Source: Centroscyllium fabricii
Taxonomy: Eukaryota
Direction of reading: 5' to 3'
Length of the DNA stretch: 64,000 bases
Assembly (NCBI GenBank): GCA_051313645.2
Contig: JBNRSN020000013.1
Span: 16,802,001-16,866,000 of the forward strand
Below the pieces are notes generated by a model, which saw only the letters and a list, made by a program, of their open reading frames with translations, was not told the origin of the DNA and did no database searches. Below are positions 60,858 through 64,000 of the stretch, piece after piece. The translations under genes were made by a program, and so were the position numbers. How positions within the stretch are numbered: position 1 is the stretch's first letter; each line of letters opens with the position of its first letter.

Positions 60858-61642
60858 TGAGATGGTTCATTAACATACTTATCTCAAAATAACCTCTCTG
60901 AAGATACCACAGCAAGTAAAACAGAAAGGAAGGATTACTAAAGGTGGAAGGAACTCTGTTTTTGATTTCTCTGCTGTACAAACTTTGATTACAACAGAAA
61001 ATGCCAATCCTGTATCATTATCTACGATAGGGCAAAAGAACCTCGCAGAAGCCAAATCTGTCATAAGAAACACCAACACTAATGTTTAAATCTAGTCCAC
61101 CCATCTTCAGTACATCCCAGTAACTTTTTTCTCTGCCATTTATGAGTGCTTAAAAAATAATTATAGAGTCGTGGCCAGAACGCATCATATAAGAAAATAA
61201 AAACTTGCATTTATATAGCGCCTTTCACGACCACCGGACGTGCTAAAGTGCTTTACAGCCAATGGATAGCCGAACTCAACAACAATGGGGGAAAAATTCG
61301 GTATCGCCCCGTTTGGGGCGCCGTTCTCGGCCGAGCGCAAAATCTAGCGCCTGGCGCTAATTCTCGCCTCCAACTGCAAACGTGGCTTTTAATCGCCCCT
61401 GGAGGTGATTGGAGCGCTAAATCAGGCACTACACACCTCTCTTAAGGCGCTAAGGCCGAGTAGCGAGGCGCTACCTCAGAGCGCGGGCGCAGCGCAGGTG
61501 CTGTCAGTTACCGATTAAACAGACACACTGGCGCCGGTCAATTCTTAAAGGGGAGGGGGGTTGAACTTGCTCTCCAGCCACACCCTGCTCATTGGAGCCT
61601 TGAATCTCGGCCTGGACAGACCTGTGCCTAAATCTTACAGCC

Positions 61643-63146
61643 ATGGAGAGGGCCAGGGAGCGAGCGCAGCACTTCACCGAGCAGGCCTTGGAGGGTCTGG
61701 TTGGTGCAGTGGAGCGCAAAAGATCAATTCTGTATCCCGAGAGTGACAGGAGGCCTTTGCTGCGCGAGTACAGAAGACTGTGGAGGGAGGTGGCTCAGAT
61801 CTTCTCCTCCAGGAGCATGGTGCCCAGGACACATCTCTAATGCAGGAAAAAGTTCAACGACCTCACTAGGGTCGTCAGGGTGAGTGGCTTTTTTTTACCA
61901 AACTTCTCCATCCCTCCATCTCAACATCACTCTATGGCCAGAGGGTCTTAAAAGCCCCAATGCCCAACACTCAGCCAACACCTATGGCCCTCTCATGAAA
62001 CAGACACGCACATTCCACACTTTGCATACAGTAAGAGCTATTCAACCATGGGAGGCACATCAGGCAAGATCATGGCAGTATATTTACTCAGATGCCATCC
62101 TTTTTCTTGCAGGCTAAGCTATCTCATAATAGGAGACAGCAGCAACGGATGGGTGGAGGGCTCCTGTACCTCCCTGCTTTCAGATGGTGATTCACCAGTT
62201 GAGGAGACGGGCCCTCAAGCTGCCAGTGGGAGTGAAGCTGAAGGCGAGGAGGAAGAGGAAGCTGGAGCATCAGAGTCACACTTTCCCGAGGAACCCCATG
62301 CCCACACTGGGAACACGCCTTCCCTGGAGGGGAGCAGAGGGGGAACGGTCTGATGAGGGTGAAGCTCCAGGACCCAGCGGCCTGCAGCAACGCGATGGGG
62401 GTAGAGAAACTCGGGGGCCTTCTCCCCGGAGGGAGAGTATGCCATCAAGTCCTGCGGATCTGAACACGGAGGAGGAGCAGGTCCTCGCTGAAATGAACAC
62501 CGAGGTGGGGCAAAGGCACACTAAGCTCATGGGTGCAGTGGGAAGGCTGCCTGAATGCATAGAGTCGCTGGCAAGAAGTGTGGAGCACTTCGCTGTAGCA
62601 CAGGCGGATGCCACGCAAATGCTTAGTACTGCAGTGTAGTCACTGGCTGCTGTCATGCGGACTCAGATTGAGGCCACGCGAGCACTGACTGCTACTATCC
62701 TCTCTGGTTCAGACACATTTCCCCAGGGCTCTCACCGCGCCACAGCAGGCCAGCAATCTGTGCTCCAGCAGATTGCTCCGGATGCTGAAGTGCTGCCCCG
62801 TGGGAGTGCCAGTGTGTCGGTCGAGCAGGGAGATGCTGTCCTCTCTCAAGGTGTCAGCATTCCTGCTGCCACCACTGTCACTTCTCCACTGCTCTTGCCC
62901 CCGCCTGTAGGACAGACTGCTGCTGCCCATGCAGAGTTGGAGCAGTCTGCAGCCGGGCCCTCCAGGCCCAGAGCTGGTCGAGGCCGTCCTTCAAGGGCAT
63001 CTGCAGTCTCAGGTTGTGACAATCAGCAGCCTTCCACCAGCCTTGCTGCAGCCACTGGGGTCCCATTACGGAGGAGCAGTAGGGTGGGAAGGGGGGACAG
63101 TGCAGAAGGGAAGGAGATCACCCTCGAAGGGCAAAAAGAGGTGTGA
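61643..63146 (+). pseudogene. Harbinger Myb/SANT (trihelix-like) DNA-binding protein, spliced, inactivated
   Basis: Exon 1 61643-61879: RAQHFTEQALEGLV...LWREVA...RTHL*CRKKFNDL; GT-AG intron 61880-62112; exon 2 AKLSHNRRQQQRMGGG; acidic low-complexity C-terminus with stops. Confidence 0.85.
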
Positions 63147-63355
63147 CAAAATGTTGGTCATTGTTTAATTAGAGGCCGAGGTTCGTGGTCACAATTCTTT
63201 AGCTGTTTTGGACATTATCTCCAGGTTGTGAGAGCAAGTTATGTTAATTACTTTTTTGTGTGTTTCTTTCTATTAGTTTGTCATGTGGAAATCAGACAGA
63301 GTTTGTAAAATAAATAATATTTTTTATTCAAAGTGTACATGTTTGGTCTTTGCCA

Positions 63356-63804
63356 TCATTGATGCCTTAACCGGCTTAGGGGTTGCGGGTTGGTTTCATT
63401 CATGTTGTTCTCAATGGCAGAAGCCATTTCATCAGCAGGGGTATAGAAGCAGCTTGCTATGAGCCTTTGACGGACGGCCCTTCCAGTTTCGACATCCCTC
63501 CCGTCTTGGTGCTGCTGATGATCATCCTCCTCCTCATCTTCCTCCTCTGGTGGTGCTCCAAGGCCTGGTGGCATTGGCTGGGTCCTGAGGATTGCCAGGT
63601 TATGCAGCATGCAGCACACAACCACGAAGTGGGTGACTCGCTCAGGCGAGTACTGGACGGCTCCTCCAGAATGGTCCAGACAGCAGAACCGTTGCTTGAG
63701 CACGCCAATTGTGTGCTCAACGATGTTCCTGGTAGCTTGATGGCTCTCGTTGTATCACAGCTCAGCAGTGGTGTTGGGCGAACGGAGTGGTGTCATCAGC
63801 CAGG
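63356..63804 (-). pseudogene. HARBI1-like DDE transposase, C-terminal part
   Basis: WLMTPLRSPNTTAEL*YNESHQATRNIVEHTIGVLKQRFCCLDHSGGAVQYSPE...CCMLHN...VRQRLI. Confidence 0.92.
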
Positions 63805-64000
63805 TGTAAGAAGTCACACAACACCAGGTTATAGTCCAACAGTTTTATTTGAAATCACAAGCTTTCGGAGCGCTGTTCCTTCCTCAGGTGAAGTGACTTA
63901 CATCTGAGGAAGGAGCTGCACTCCGAAAGCTTGTGATTTCAAATAAAACTGTTGGACTATAACCTGGTGTTGTATGACTTCTTACAATTGTCCACCCCAG
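63805..64000. mobile_element. Penelope terminal hairpin inserted into the transposase gene
   Basis: Same family as 4161-4395; hammerhead-like motifs on both strands (about 63856-63890 minus, 63901-63934 plus). Confidence 0.88.

Larger units (their letters stand above)
61287..64000. mobile_element. Degenerate autonomous-type PIF/Harbinger transposon (runs off the window)
   Basis: TIR GGGGGAAAAATTC; convergent Myb/SANT and DDE transposase genes; opposed poly(A) signals at 63309-63314(+) and 63323-63328(-). Confidence 0.9.

Noticed and set aside
63356-63804. Domesticated HARBI1 / NAIF1 host genes
   Set aside because: Premature stops, a TIR and a nested insertion show a decaying transposon copy

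Overview
Eukaryotic, repeat-saturated genomic DNA, almost certainly from a cartilaginous fish (shark/ray): it carries HE1-type V-SINEs, SacSINE1-type DeuSINEs and HER1-like CR1 LINEs. I found no host protein-coding exon I can support, so it is probably a large intron or gene desert. The only credible proteins are transposon-encoded: CR1 APE/RT, Rex1/Babar RT, Penelope (Neptune-type) GIY-YIG endonuclease fragments, and a degenerate two-gene PIF/Harbinger transposon (Myb/SANT + DDE transposase) at the right edge. The rest is nested SINEs, Harbinger- and Tigger-type MITEs, three solo LTRs and many Penelope termini with minimal hammerhead ribozyme motifs. Most interesting: a 5S-rRNA-headed SINE with a Rex1/Babar tail; two independent Harbinger-MITE insertions 6 nt apart in the hammerhead of Penelope termini; a local inverted duplication whose arms both received Penelope insertions at the homologous site; HE1 tail swapping between the two CR1 subfamilies present; a MITE with 11-bp-phased CGTA motifs; and a 1.7-kb solo LTR. 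Family names come from recalled sequence features, not database searches. Boundaries without a stated TSD are approximate.
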